From positions 26,714-90,713 of the forward strand of contig CAYGSA010000001.1 of NCBI GenBank assembly GCA_964352375.1: 64,000 nucleotides of DNA, written 5' to 3'. The notes beneath the pieces were generated by a model. That model was not told the DNA's origin, made no database searches, and saw nothing but the letters and a program-made list of their open reading frames with translations. Shown here in pieces: positions 10,595 to 21,204 of this stretch. The position numbers and the translations under genes are program-made. Each line of letters starts with the position of its first letter. Positions within the stretch are counted from its first letter, which is position 1. This DNA is from an uncultured Micavibrio sp. Its GTDB lineage: Bacteria; Pseudomonadota; Alphaproteobacteria; Micavibrionales; Micavibrionaceae.

Positions 10595-11121
10595 CGTGAT
10601 TTTGCCTCCTCTATCCCTCTTCGAAACGATATGGGGTCCTCTATTGGCGGGAGGACGACTTCACCGACCCCCATGCCGCGCACCATCACGCGTCCAAAAT
10701 TGAAAATTCGCCCTAATACTGATTGAAGAACATTGACGCCTTCAATGCGGTCAATGCTAATTTCGCCGACCTGGCGTGCGATCAAGCCGCGCTTGTATAT
10801 TAGTCTTGTATTTGTTATTGCGATCTCTGTAGTGACCTTTATAACCATCATTTGCGCAAATTTTACGAGGCCGAGAATGAAGAACAAAAACGAGAATGCC
10901 CTAATGCCAGGGTGAATAATTTTTATAGACTCAAAAAAACCAATTCCCGGTGGAAGCTTGCCTAAAAATGTATAAATTTTATACGCGCCAACCATGATAA
11001 TAATTGCACCAATCAACCCCCAAAAAATCGACATGAAGGCATTGATTGTATACATCCAGTGAAATTTTCCGACGTGTATGAGCTCTTCATCAGGTCCAAG
11101 GGATTGTTGTACGTATAGCAT
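10591..11121 (-). CDS. Membrane protein with bacterial PH domain (bPH_2/DUF304), paralog of the downstream gene
   Basis: 176 aa. Same architecture: two TM helices, then ITNTRLIYKRGLIARQVGEISIDRIEGVNV. There is a 4-bp ATGA overlap with 10043..10594. Confidence 0.7.
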   Translation of the reverse strand: MLYVQQSLGPDEELIHVGKFHWMYTINAFMSIFWGLIGAIIIMVGAYKIYTFLGKLPPGIGFFESIKIIHPGIRAFSFLFFILGLVKFAQMMVIKVTTEIAITNTRLIYKRGLIARQVGEISIDRIEGVNVLQSVLGRIFNFGRVMVRGMGVGEVVLPPIEDPISFRRGIEEAKSR

Positions 11122-11213
11122 AGGGCGTTTTCGCTTAACTTAACTCATCTAATAATTACAGTAGTTTAGACTTACATAACATATTACGCAAGTTTCAAAT
11201 GGTTATTTGCCCT

Positions 11214-12290
11214 TTAATCCCCGAAAGAGATGCCCAGAGCACGTGCGGTATGCACCAGTGTTCCGTCTAAATCAACGATGTGACACTTTTTAATAGCATC
11301 TTCAATGGCGACGTCTACAACTGATTCGTTTTTCCATGCCACCATACGGCCGAACTTTCCATCTTCGATTAATTCTACGGCTTTTATCCCAAAAGCTGCC
11401 GCCAGAATGCGGTCATTATATGTCGGGCTGGCGCCCCGTTGCACATGACCAAGAACAGTAACACGTGTTTCTGAATTAGTGGCCTCAGCGATTTTAACGC
11501 CCAGATAATCTGCAATTCCGCCGTAACGAGTTTCTCCGCCATGATAGACGACTTCATGCTTTCGCCCGTCGGGCGTTTTGACAGCTTCGGAGACAACGAC
11601 AAGCGCAAAGTTACGGCCCGTTTCCTTGACGTCATTAATCTTTTTTGCGATTGATTCTATCGTGTATGGAATTTCAGGGATGAGGATGACATCTGCCCCT
11701 CCTGCAATGCCTGATGTGAGTGCGATATGACCTGCATCACGCCCCATGACCTCTAAGATCATCACACGGTCATGGCTGGCGGCTGTGGGTTGAAGTCGGT
11801 CTAAGGCTTCTGTAGCGATTGTCACAGCCGTGTCGTATCCTACAGCAAAATCGGTCATATTGACGTCATTATCGATGGTTTTTGGGACGCCAACGAAGTT
11901 TAAGCCCCCTTGTTTTACGAGCCTGTTGAGGATGGCAAAGCTTCCATCCCCGCCAATTCCGATAAGGGATTCAACGCCAAGATCTCTAAGTGATTCTACA
12001 AGCTCGGTAGAACGATCTTTAATTTCGCCATTGTCCATTTCGTAGGCAAAAGGGTTGCGTGAATTTGTGGTTCCTAAAATCGTTCCGCCCATACGCATCA
12101 CTGTGCCATCGAAGTCGTCGGGTTTTAAAATGCGATAACGGGGCGGGTTTTCGAGCAGCCCTGCGGTTCCGTTTTGAAGGCCTATGACTTCCCAGCCAAG
12201 CGCATGGGCACGTATAACGGCGGCTCTCATGACTGCATTTAATCCGGCGCAGTCTCCGCCGCTTGTGAATATGGCTATACGTTTTTTCAT
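11214..12290 (-). CDS. pfkA: 6-phosphofructokinase (group III, mixed-substrate type)
   Basis: Shows MKKRIAIFTSGGDCAGLNAV, LIGIGGDGS, VPKTIDNDV, and VMGRDAGHIA. Confidence 0.9.
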   Translation of the reverse strand: MKKRIAIFTSGGDCAGLNAVMRAAVIRAHALGWEVIGLQNGTAGLLENPPRYRILKPDDFDGTVMRMGGTILGTTNSRNPFAYEMDNGEIKDRSTELVESLRDLGVESLIGIGGDGSFAILNRLVKQGGLNFVGVPKTIDNDVNMTDFAVGYDTAVTIATEALDRLQPTAASHDRVMILEVMGRDAGHIALTSGIAGGADVILIPEIPYTIESIAKKINDVKETGRNFALVVVSEAVKTPDGRKHEVVYHGGETRYGGIADYLGVKIAEATNSETRVTVLGHVQRGASPTYNDRILAAAFGIKAVELIEDGKFGRMVAWKNESVVDVAIEDAIKKCHIVDLDGTLVHTARALGISFGD

Positions 12291-12379
12291 GATTCTTTTT
12301 TATGCATTTTTTTGTTACTTAACAAGTCATTATGTGGTATTGTTCACTTTATTTTTTGAATCGGTGTATAAATAAAATT

Positions 12380-12586
12380 ATGTCAGAAGATCAAGAAGAC
12401 TTGCGTGTAAAGCTTGCTGAGTATCGAATAGAGCATCAGGCTTTGGATGATGTGATCGAGAAAGCCCTGAACAGTGACACTCCTGTTAACCTGCTGCACA
12501 TGCAACAGCTTAAGAAAAAGAAGCTTTGGTTAAAAGATATGATTCAAAAACTTGAGAGCGCTTTAATTGATGACATTATAGCTTAA
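12380..12586 (+). CDS. DUF465 (YdcH-like) small protein
   Basis: 68 aa from ATG 12380. Shows EHQALDDVIE...LHMQQLKKKKLWLKDMIQKLE, the pattern typical of DUF465. Confidence 0.7.
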   Translation: MSEDQEDLRVKLAEYRIEHQALDDVIEKALNSDTPVNLLHMQQLKKKKLWLKDMIQKLESALIDDIIA

Positions 12587-12644
12587 TAGCTTTCTTTGAC
12601 TTTCTTCTCTTGCTTCATCCCCTCACCTGCCTTATATAATTTAT

Positions 12645-13142
12645 ATGACACATTTAGATGAAAGCCCTCTTGTTGGCATCGTTATGGGATCTCAATCGGA
12701 TTGGGAGACTATGAAACATGCGCATGACATGCTTCATTTGCTCAATATTCCTCATGAATGCAGGATTACGTCAGCGCACCGTACGCCTGACCGAATGCTA
12801 GATTATGCTAAAACGGCCGAAGAGCGTGGCCTTAAAGTGATTATCGCGGGGGCCGGTGGAGCGGCGCATTTGCCTGGTATGATTGCAAGTTATACGCCTG
12901 TTCCTGTTTTAGGTGTTCCTGTCGAGAGTAAAGCTTTAAACGGTATGGATAGCTTGCTCTCTATTGTACAAATGCCGGGAGGAATTCCTGTGGGCACGCT
13001 TGCTATCGGTATGGCAGGCGCAAAGAATGCGGCGTTATTGGCCGCTGCTATTCTGGGAACTCAGGACGCCGTGATTTTACAGGCGTTGAAAGAATACCGT
13101 GCAAAGCAAAGTGAAGACGTTGCCGAATTCCCAAAAGATTAA
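12645..13142 (+). CDS. purE: 5-(carboxyamino)imidazole ribonucleotide mutase
   Basis: Shows [23 protein letters not shown], and [14 protein letters not shown]. Confidence 0.95.
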   Translation: MTHLDESPLVGIVMGSQSDWETMKHAHDMLHLLNIPHECRITSAHRTPDRMLDYAKTAEERGLKVIIAGAGGAAHLPGMIASYTPVPVLGVPVESKALNGMDSLLSIVQMPGGIPVGTLAIGMAGAKNAALLAAAILGTQDAVILQALKEYRAKQSEDVAEFPKD

Positions 13143-14208
13143 ATTAGGTATATTAGGTGGTGGTCAGCTTGGGCGAATGAGTGCGCAGGCTGCGGCGAAT
13201 CTTGGTATTGAGACCGTTATTTTTTGCCCTGAAAGCAACGCCCCAGCCTCTCAGGTTTCAGGGCAGACCATCATAGCAGACTATGGTGACCAACAGGCGC
13301 TGAAGGCTTTTAGTGATCTATGTGATTTCATCACTTATGAATTTGAGAATATTCCAGTTAAAACAATTCAGTATTTAGAATCATTAAAGAAAAATAGTGT
13401 TTTTCCTGAAAAGAGGCTTTTGGAAGTTTCTCAGGACCGCATTGTCGAGAAAAGTTTTTTAAATGACCTTGGAATTAAAACAGCTGGATGGCAAGCTATT
13501 CAGGATATAAATGATATTGGCGCCGATAAATTTATAATCAAGACGGCTCGTTTTGGTTATGATGGGAAAGGGCAAATTAAAAGCTTTAAAGAAGACCCTG
13601 ACCTCCGTCATTTTTTTAAACAGCATGAGGGGCAGGATTTAATTCTTGAGGATATTGTTGATTTTGATTGTGAAATTTCAGTTGTTATTGCTCGTGATCA
13701 TCATGGGAGAACACAAAGCTATGGGCCGATGTTGAATGAACATAAGAACCATATTTTACATCACACACGTTATCCTGCAAAGCAAGCGCAGCATATTGAT
13801 GAACAGGCGCGCAATATTGCGGAGAAAATTGCGAATGCCGTAGATTTGCGCGGTGTGCTAACCGTTGAATATTTTGTGACCAAGAGTGGTGATTTGCTTG
13901 TGAATGAGATTGCGCCCAGAACACATAATTCAGGGCATTGGAGCCTTGATGCGTGTGCCGTGTCACAATTTGAAAATCATGTGCGCTGCGTATGCGGCCT
14001 TGATGCACTTGACCCTGCACGTCAAGACACCGCACTTATGATTAACCTTATTGGTGATGACATCTATAAAATTAACGCATTTAAAAGCATGACGAATGCG
14101 CATATTCATTTATACGGCAAATCTGAAGCACGCGCGGGCCGCAAAATGGGTCATATTACAGTTTTAAATCCAGAAAATATTGATTATGATGAATTACTGC
14201 AAAACTAA
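13099..14208 (+). CDS. purK: 5-(carboxyamino)imidazole ribonucleotide synthase
   Basis: Shows [15 protein letters not shown]-grasp motifs, and [15 protein letters not shown]. The GTG start at 13099 overlaps purE by 44 bp, so the true start may be slightly downstream. Confidence 0.9.
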   Translation: MQSKVKTLPNSQKIKLGILGGGQLGRMSAQAAANLGIETVIFCPESNAPASQVSGQTIIADYGDQQALKAFSDLCDFITYEFENIPVKTIQYLESLKKNSVFPEKRLLEVSQDRIVEKSFLNDLGIKTAGWQAIQDINDIGADKFIIKTARFGYDGKGQIKSFKEDPDLRHFFKQHEGQDLILEDIVDFDCEISVVIARDHHGRTQSYGPMLNEHKNHILHHTRYPAKQAQHIDEQARNIAEKIANAVDLRGVLTVEYFVTKSGDLLVNEIAPRTHNSGHWSLDACAVSQFENHVRCVCGLDALDPARQDTALMINLIGDDIYKINAFKSMTNAHIHLYGKSEARAGRKMGHITVLNPENIDYDELLQN

Positions 14209-14220
14209 GGAGACTTAAAC

Positions 14221-15642
14221 ATGAGTGAAGCCGCACCCAAAATTGACCCCGCACAGACCCGCATAGAGACAGACTCTATTGGTGAAATTGAGGTTGATAC
14301 AACACGCTATTGGGGGGCTCAAACACAGCGTAGCTTGCAGAATTTTAAAATTGGTGGCGAGAAAATGCCTGCCCCGCTTATACGTGCATTGGGGGTTCAA
14401 AAGAAAGCCTCTGCGCTTGCGAATATTGAGCTTGGTGTGCTTGATCAAAAGATTGGCGATGCGATGCTTCAGGCAGCTGATGAAGTTATTGATGGTACAC
14501 TTCTAGATGAATTTCCTCTGGTTGTTTGGCAGACAGGGTCAGGCACACAAAGTAATATGAATGCAAATGAAGTGATTTCAAACCGAGCCATTGAGATTTT
14601 GGGTGGTGAGCGAGGAAGTAAAACGCCAGTTCACCCCAATGATCATGTGAATATGGGGCAATCATCAAATGACACCTTTCCTAGCGCGATGCATATTGCG
14701 GCTGGTGAACAAGTTCACCATGAGCTTATCCCTGCCCTACAGCATTTACACGATGCGCTGGATGCGAAGGCGAAAAAATTTGCGAATATTGTTAAAATTG
14801 GGCGCACACATTTACAAGACGCTACCCCCCTGACTTTGGGGCAGGAGTTTTCTGGTTATGCGAAACAAATTGAATTTGGTATTCAGCGTGTTTTTGCGTG
14901 TTTGCCTCGTTTAATGCAACTCGCGCAGGGCGGTACAGCGGTTGGTACAGGGATCAATTCCAAGGCTGGCTTTGATGTTAAATTTGCAGCGCATACCAGT
15001 GCTATTACGGGGCTGGATTTTGTGACCGCTGAGAACAAGTTTGAGGCTCTTGCTGCGCATGACGCACTTGTCGAACTCTCTGGCGCGCTGAATGTTTTGG
15101 CGGTTTCGCTCATGAAGATTGCCAATGACGTGCGCTTACTTGGCTCTGGTCCGAGGTGTGGTATTGGCGAACTTGATCTTCCCGCGAATGAGCCAGGGTC
15201 TTCGATTATGCCCGGCAAAGTGAACCCAACGCAGTGTGAGGCTCTGACTATGGTTTGCGCTCAGGTTATGGGCAATAATACCGCGGTCAGTGTTGCAGGG
15301 TCAAATGGCCATTTTGAACTTAATGTGTTCAAGCCTGTGATGATTTATAATGTGTTGCAATCTATTAATTTGATTTCGTCAGGATGTAACAGCTTTACAG
15401 ATAATTGCGTTGTTGGGATTGAAGCGAATGAAGCACGTATTGATAAATTACTCAACGAAAGCTTGATGCTTGTCACTGCACTTAATCCGCATATTGGGTA
15501 TGATAATGCCGCTAAGATTGCAAAGAAGGCGCATGCGGATGGTTCGACCTTGCTTGAGGCTGGGCAGGCACTTGGTTTGATGAATGCAGAGCAATTCAAA
15601 GAGTGGGTTAATCCGCTTGATATGATAAAGCCAAGTGATTAA
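14221..15642 (+). CDS. fumC: Class II fumarate hydratase
   Basis: Shows the [15 protein letters not shown] signature, [15 protein letters not shown], and 473 aa. Confidence 0.96.
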   Translation: MSEAAPKIDPAQTRIETDSIGEIEVDTTRYWGAQTQRSLQNFKIGGEKMPAPLIRALGVQKKASALANIELGVLDQKIGDAMLQAADEVIDGTLLDEFPLVVWQTGSGTQSNMNANEVISNRAIEILGGERGSKTPVHPNDHVNMGQSSNDTFPSAMHIAAGEQVHHELIPALQHLHDALDAKAKKFANIVKIGRTHLQDATPLTLGQEFSGYAKQIEFGIQRVFACLPRLMQLAQGGTAVGTGINSKAGFDVKFAAHTSAITGLDFVTAENKFEALAAHDALVELSGALNVLAVSLMKIANDVRLLGSGPRCGIGELDLPANEPGSSIMPGKVNPTQCEALTMVCAQVMGNNTAVSVAGSNGHFELNVFKPVMIYNVLQSINLISSGCNSFTDNCVVGIEANEARIDKLLNESLMLVTALNPHIGYDNAAKIAKKAHADGSTLLEAGQALGLMNAEQFKEWVNPLDMIKPSD

Positions 15643-15856
15643 GAAAAGATCAGTTCGAATTTCAGGTCATGAGACAAGCGTTACCTTAGAGGAGCCTTTT
15701 TGGGATGCCTTACGGTCTATTGCTGCGCAGCGCGGCGTTTCCTTAAACGTCCTTATTTCTGAAATAGATGAAGGGAATAACGGCAACTTATCAAGTGCCC
15801 TTCGTGTTTTCGTGTTGCATGACTTGCAAAGTAAATTAGCGCAAGAGCCCTTTTAA
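15635..15856 (+). CDS. Ribbon-helix-helix domain protein (RHH_4 family)
   Basis: Shows [42 protein letters not shown]...[11 protein letters not shown]. This is a common small alphaproteobacterial RHH protein. Confidence 0.7.
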   Translation: MIKKRSVRISGHETSVTLEEPFWDALRSIAAQRGVSLNVLISEIDEGNNGNLSSALRVFVLHDLQSKLAQEPF

Positions 15857-18775
15857 AACACCTTTTATGGCCTCTTCTGCTGCGTCTTCTACGCTTTTGG
15901 GTTTTTGCTCTTCCTTATTCTGATCGGGGCTAGCATTTTGCACGTTATCATTGGACGGCATCGGAACGCCCAGTTTCTCGGAAAGAATTTTATTGAATTT
16001 ACGCTGAATTTTTCGGTTCAGGTAATCGTTCAATAAACCTTGGCCGAATGTTTGTGTCGGATTATCTAATGACCCTTTGAATGATATTTCAAATGGCGGC
16101 ACATCAGATGGCGTCTCATCTGTTCCTTTCACAATCAATTTATGTTTTGTATCCAGTGTCCATTTGGGGAGGCTGAGCGTTCCGTTTGTTTCTATTTGGG
16201 CTTGTTTTCCATATAAATTTATTGCGTTCAAGAAAACAACGCCTTCTTTAATTACAAAGCCGCCATCGAGTGTATCGAATTGTGTGTTGCCACCGCCTGT
16301 TGTTCCTTTCCAGATGCCTGTTAACGTGTCGCCAGGCTTGCTGTTATCTGAAAGAGCGCGTACGAATTTTGTGACGTCTACTCCTTGCAGCATTATATTT
16401 TTGCCATCGACTTTTCCGTCACCACTAAGATCATAGATGAGTGCGGCAATGCTTGCGCCAGAGCTTTTGATATTCATAGTTACGTCCCCCGCCCCTGATA
16501 GCTTTACAATTTGTGTGCCAATTAATGACTTTGCGAGTTTTCCTATATCTACGTTACTAAAGCTTGATGCGCTCTCGAAATAGATAGGTTGTCGTGGCTG
16601 TTCGTTTGTTTGCGCTTTTATTGTTGAACTGATAGTTCCACCAAAAATTTGAGCTTTTAAATCTGTGATGTCCAGATTTCCATCTCTCAATTTTATTTGG
16701 AGACTTGGTTTTTCCAGAGGCCAGCCGCCGTAATTTATTGATGCGGCTTTGAGATTAATATCTGCATTTGCGGCATGCAGACCGCTAACATCTATTGGCT
16801 CTTTTGACCAGCGTTCAGAAGAGGATGCCTGTTTTTTTTCTGCCAAAGCGGTCAGAGTTAATTTCCCAAATTCAAGATCGCCTTTAATATTTGGCACCTT
16901 GCCTCCAATATTTAATTTGAGATTGCCTGTTACCGAGATTCCCGACAAATCGCCCTTTATTTCTGACAGGGTGTAAGTCTGGTCTTTTTGATTAATCTTC
17001 GCATAAAAATCGACAGAACTTTGTAGATTCTTATCTGATATAGAGATACCTGATATATTTTCTAAAGCTTTGGCCATGCTGTTGTGTTTGATTTGAAGTA
17101 TCAAGTTCTCAAGCGCTGCTTTTTGTGTTGCGTTCATCACTTTACCTTTTGCAATAATTTCTGCACCCAAGGCTTTGATATTTGAGGTTATATTGAGTGT
17201 ATCAAGTACGCCATCCAATTTTGTTTTTACACTTAAGGTGCTTAAATTTGATGGAAGGCTTTGCGCATCAATATCCAAGGCTGTTAGAGCCGCTTTAATA
17301 TCTTGCGATGTCAGATCAATATACGTACTGATTTGAGGCTCGCCGTTTAAAGCTTTTATTTCTGAATTCATTTTTAATTTAGTGCCTATCGCATCTTCAA
17401 TAGAGAGATTTTTAAGTGTTACTGCGTTTTCGGTAAATACGGCGTCTAATTGTAGTCCTTTGACTTGTTTTTTATCAAAAAGAAGGGTGGCCGCGTCAAA
17501 CTTCAAGTTCAAGTCAAAGGGTAAAATCAGCCTTTTTAATGCTTCTTTAGGAGATGTTTTTGAGCTATCCGCTGAATTTGACTGTTGGGCGGGCATTAGG
17601 TCATCTAAGTTCAGTGTATCAACTGAAATATTTGTACTCACACTCGTTCTTTTTTGGTTGAGCGCGCTTACGTTTCCGTTCATTTTAAATATGCTGCCGT
17701 CTAGCTTTAGAGAGGGCGCGGAAAACTCGAATTTTTCTTCATTCCCCTTTATGGCGACATCAAAAGCGGCTATTTTGTAAGGGCTAGCATCACCCAAGAC
17801 GCTTCTAAGGTTCAGCGGATCTGCTGATTTCAAGGATATGCTATATTCAAGGGGTGAGATTTGCGTCTTAAATGCGCCCATAATCTCCTGATCATCCAGC
17901 ATAATTTTTAAGTTTTTGAAGCTTGCTTGATTTGCATTGGCGGTTAGCAACCCTTTCATTGAAAATGAATTTCCCTTTTGTGCGCCAGGTATGAGAGTCG
18001 ATAGATCCGTGACTGATACTTCAGTCTGGCCTTGAAGTGACAGCTCATCGCCCGTACTGATTACGCCGTTATATTGTGCGCTTAGGCCACTCGGCTGTAA
18101 AGTCAGCTTTACATTTGGCGTTATAAGACCTGTATTTGCGTCATAAGCATCCGTTTTTATATCGAAGTTTATTGAATTACCGCTGATGAATAATGAACCT
18201 TGTGCTTCGAAAGGGCCTTGCAGGGTTTTTGCCGCTAGATCAGCATTGATGTTTTGTAGGCGCGTTTCAGTTTTAGTAGCATGATCAAAAAACAAAAAGG
18301 TCGCATCTTTGATGGTAATATTGTCCAGTGCAATATCCAAGGCAGGGGGAGGTGTCGCCTCTACTTTCGCTTCACTCTTTTTTGATAGCTTTTCAGTTTG
18401 TGCATTAATTGTACCATCTTCAAGTTTTTCTATAGAAATATTCGGGCGTGTTATCGTAATGGAGGCAATGTTTATTTGACCTTTCAAGAGAGGTGCCAGT
18501 TTGACAGTGACTTCTAAACGATCGAAAGATACAATTTCATTATATTTCTTTTGAATGGGGGCTTTGATGCTGACTGCTTCTGCAACAAATCGTGGTGTTG
18601 GAAAGATTGAGAAATTTAAATCTCCATTCATTACCATATCAAGATCTGTGTGCTTCTTGACCTCTTGCGCGGCTTGTGACTTGTATGCATTCCAATCTAT
18701 AAAACTTGGTGCAATAGTAGCGCCTGCGATCAGAATAATGGTTATAAGCAATAGGCCAGCCAAGATTTTTTTCAT
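15836..18775 (-). CDS. AsmA family protein
   Basis: About 979 aa from ATG 18775. Has an N-terminal anchor MKKILAGLLLITIILIAGATIAPSFIDWNAYK followed by a long beta-rich Ser/Thr/Asn-rich body, typical of AsmA-like proteins. Confidence 0.8.
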   Translation of the reverse strand: MKKILAGLLLITIILIAGATIAPSFIDWNAYKSQAAQEVKKHTDLDMVMNGDLNFSIFPTPRFVAEAVSIKAPIQKKYNEIVSFDRLEVTVKLAPLLKGQINIASITITRPNISIEKLEDGTINAQTEKLSKKSEAKVEATPPPALDIALDNITIKDATFLFFDHATKTETRLQNINADLAAKTLQGPFEAQGSLFISGNSINFDIKTDAYDANTGLITPNVKLTLQPSGLSAQYNGVISTGDELSLQGQTEVSVTDLSTLIPGAQKGNSFSMKGLLTANANQASFKNLKIMLDDQEIMGAFKTQISPLEYSISLKSADPLNLRSVLGDASPYKIAAFDVAIKGNEEKFEFSAPSLKLDGSIFKMNGNVSALNQKRTSVSTNISVDTLNLDDLMPAQQSNSADSSKTSPKEALKRLILPFDLNLKFDAATLLFDKKQVKGLQLDAVFTENAVTLKNLSIEDAIGTKLKMNSEIKALNGEPQISTYIDLTSQDIKAALTALDIDAQSLPSNLSTLSVKTKLDGVLDTLNITSNIKALGAEIIAKGKVMNATQKAALENLILQIKHNSMAKALENISGISISDKNLQSSVDFYAKINQKDQTYTLSEIKGDLSGISVTGNLKLNIGGKVPNIKGDLEFGKLTLTALAEKKQASSSERWSKEPIDVSGLHAANADINLKAASINYGGWPLEKPSLQIKLRDGNLDITDLKAQIFGGTISSTIKAQTNEQPRQPIYFESASSFSNVDIGKLAKSLIGTQIVKLSGAGDVTMNIKSSGASIAALIYDLSGDGKVDGKNIMLQGVDVTKFVRALSDNSKPGDTLTGIWKGTTGGGNTQFDTLDGGFVIKEGVVFLNAINLYGKQAQIETNGTLSLPKWTLDTKHKLIVKGTDETPSDVPPFEISFKGSLDNPTQTFGQGLLNDYLNRKIQRKFNKILSEKLGVPMPSNDNVQNASPDQNKEEQKPKSVEDAAEEAIKGVLKGLLR

Positions 18776-18842
18776 GGGATGCGCTTTCAATCTGAATTAT
18801 TAATATGCTTAATGTACCCGTATGCTGCTTTGCGCACAACTA

Positions 18843-19205
18843 TTAGATTTGGGTTCTTTTTTCGTTGGATGCTATCATTCGGCTTATCAGCATTTTTACG
18901 ATAGCCTGAATTGTGGGGTCGCTGTTTCTTAGCTTATCTTCAAATGCGGTGCGTGTAATAACAATGAGATTACAGTCTTCTAATGCTTGTACATTGGCGG
19001 AGCGATAGTTATCTCCAATGAGGGCCATTTCGCCGCAAATATCACCAACGCCTAATTGAGCAAGTTCATGATCCTGTGTGTTTCGTTTTGTGAAAACACG
19101 CACAGACCCTGATTGAATAAGGTAGGCGGAATAAGCATCATCCCCTTCTTTAATAATCATAGAGCCTTTTGCTACATATTTTCTTTCAAGAATAACGCGA
19201 GCCAT
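18843..19205 (-). CDS. Stand-alone cyclic nucleotide-binding domain protein
   Basis: Shows IIKEGDDAYSAYLIQSGSVRVF...GVGDICGEMALIGDNYRSANVQALEDCNLIVI. No HTH or other output domain follows. The start is set at ATG 19205 to avoid overlap with phaB. Confidence 0.75.
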   Translation of the reverse strand: MARVILERKYVAKGSMIIKEGDDAYSAYLIQSGSVRVFTKRNTQDHELAQLGVGDICGEMALIGDNYRSANVQALEDCNLIVITRTAFEDKLRNSDPTIQAIVKMLISRMIASNEKRTQI

Positions 19206-19212
19206 GTTCTTT

Positions 19213-19938
19213 TTATGCCATGTATTGTCCGCCATTGGCGGAGATTGTTGCACCTGTTACGAAGGCTGCTTTTTCTGATGCTAGAAAAGAGACTATTGCT
19301 GCTATTTCCTCTGGTTTACCCATGCGCATTTCAGGTATTTGCCTAATGATTGAATCCAGAACATCTTGTGGGATATTCGCAGTCATATCTGTTTCAATGT
19401 AGCCAGGACAAACAGCATTGACGGTCACGTTTTTTGCAGCAGATTCTAATGCCAATGCTTTTGTGAAACCGATAACACCTGCTTTTGCCGCCGAATAATT
19501 GACTTGGCCGAACTGACCTTTTTGGCCGTTGATTGAACTGATGTTTATAATGCGGCCAAATTTGCGTTCTCGCATTTGCGTCATGACGGCACGGCACATA
19601 TTAAAGCAAGAGCCCAAGTTTGTTTGAATGACTTCATTCCAATTTTCTAATGGCATTTTGTGCAGTACGCCATCGCGTGTAATTCCAGCGTTATTAATAA
19701 GCACTGCAATATCTCCATATTCTTGCTCAATTTTTTGTACCGCTGCTTGGCATTGTTCGAAATTTGCAACATCGAATTTTACTGTTGAACACGATGTTTC
19801 ATCCCGAAATTTTTGTGCCGCTTCTTCGTTGTTTTGAAAAGACGCAACCACTTTATAGCCATCTTCCTTCAACGCTTTCGAAATTGCCTTTCCGATGCCT
19901 CTTGTTCCGCCTGTTACTATTGCAATTTTTTTATTCAT
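19213..19938 (-). CDS. phaB: Acetoacetyl-CoA reductase (SDR)
   Basis: Shows KIAIVTGGTRGIGKAI, NNAGITRD, and YSAAKAG. It lies adjacent to the thiolase gene. Confidence 0.9.
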   Translation of the reverse strand: MNKKIAIVTGGTRGIGKAISKALKEDGYKVVASFQNNEEAAQKFRDETSCSTVKFDVANFEQCQAAVQKIEQEYGDIAVLINNAGITRDGVLHKMPLENWNEVIQTNLGSCFNMCRAVMTQMRERKFGRIINISSINGQKGQFGQVNYSAAKAGVIGFTKALALESAAKNVTVNAVCPGYIETDMTANIPQDVLDSIIRQIPEMRMGKPEEIAAIVSFLASEKAAFVTGATISANGGQYMA

Positions 19939-19951
19939 TTTTTTATTCTTC

Positions 19952-21136
19952 CTAACGCTCTACGCACATTGCTATTCCCATTCCACCACCAATACACAGC
20001 GTCGCAAGACCTTTATTTGCGTCTCGGCGCGCCATTTCATGCAGCAGTGTTACCAGTATTCTTGCGCCTGAAGCGCCAATAGGGTGACCCAAAGCAATTG
20101 CACCGCCATTAACATTGGTTTTTTCAGCATCGAAGCCCATTTCCTTTAAAACACACAGGCTTTGTGCCGCGAAGGCTTCGTTTGACTCTATCAGATCAAG
20201 GTCAGATACGCTCCAGCCAGCCTTTTCAAGTGCTGCTTTTGATGCGGGGATTGGGCCCGTTCCCATAACCGATGGATCAACGCCACGTGTCGCCCATGAT
20301 TTTATCGTTGCCATCGGTGTTAGGCCTCTTTTTTCTGCTTCTGATTTACGCATTAATAGTGTTGCGGCGGCGCCATCATTAATGCCAGACGCATTTGCGG
20401 CTGTCACTGTTCCATCTTTTTTAAAGGCGGGGCGAAGTTTTGCAAGGCCTTCAGCTGTTACGCCTGCACGAGGAAATTCGTCTTTACTTATAATGGCCGT
20501 TTCTTTGCGGGTATTAATTTCTACTGGGACAATTTCGCTTGCAAACTTATCTTCAGACATGGCCTTCTCTGTCTTGTTTTGAGAGTGCGCGGCGAAGTCA
20601 TCTTGTTGTTCGCGAGATATCTTATATTTTTCTGCAATATTTTCAGCGGTGATGCCCATATGATAATTATTGAATGCATCCCACAGGCCATCAACAATCA
20701 TTGTGTCGCGCGCCGTTGCATCGCCAAACTTTACAGCCTCTCTGAGATGCATCGTATGCGGGGACTGGCTCATATTTTCTTGTCCGCCAGCAATTACGAT
20801 GTCTGCATCACCAGATAGTATTGATTGCATTCCCATAGCGATGGTGCGCAAACCTGAGCCACAAACCTGATTCACTGTCAATGCGGTGCTGAAATCTGGA
20901 ATGCCTGCTTTAATAGATGCTTGGCGCGCAGGGTTTTGGCCACATCCTGCTGTTAGAACTTGCCCCATAAGAACTTCATCAATTTCTATCGGGTTGATGC
21001 CTGTTTGTTTCATTAAAGCTTTTATGATTGTTGCACCCAGATCACTTGCAGCTGTTGATGAGAGCCCTCCACCGAGTGTTCCGATTGCCGTTCTTTTTGC
21101 TGCAACAATTACAATGGGGTCGTCCATGGGCATCAT
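19952..21136 (-). CDS. phaA: Acetyl-CoA C-acetyltransferase (thiolase II)
   Basis: Shows [10 protein letters not shown] (active Cys), [17 protein letters not shown], and CIGGGMGIA. Confidence 0.93.
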   Translation of the reverse strand: MMPMDDPIVIVAAKRTAIGTLGGGLSSTAASDLGATIIKALMKQTGINPIEIDEVLMGQVLTAGCGQNPARQASIKAGIPDFSTALTVNQVCGSGLRTIAMGMQSILSGDADIVIAGGQENMSQSPHTMHLREAVKFGDATARDTMIVDGLWDAFNNYHMGITAENIAEKYKISREQQDDFAAHSQNKTEKAMSEDKFASEIVPVEINTRKETAIISKDEFPRAGVTAEGLAKLRPAFKKDGTVTAANASGINDGAAATLLMRKSEAEKRGLTPMATIKSWATRGVDPSVMGTGPIPASKAALEKAGWSVSDLDLIESNEAFAAQSLCVLKEMGFDAEKTNVNGGAIALGHPIGASGARILVTLLHEMARRDANKGLATLCIGGGMGIAMCVER

Positions 21137-21204
21137 CCGTTTTTAAGTTTGAGTAGAGTGGCTACACTATCCAAACGCGCAAAATTATCAAGTAGAAAAT
21201 GTTA

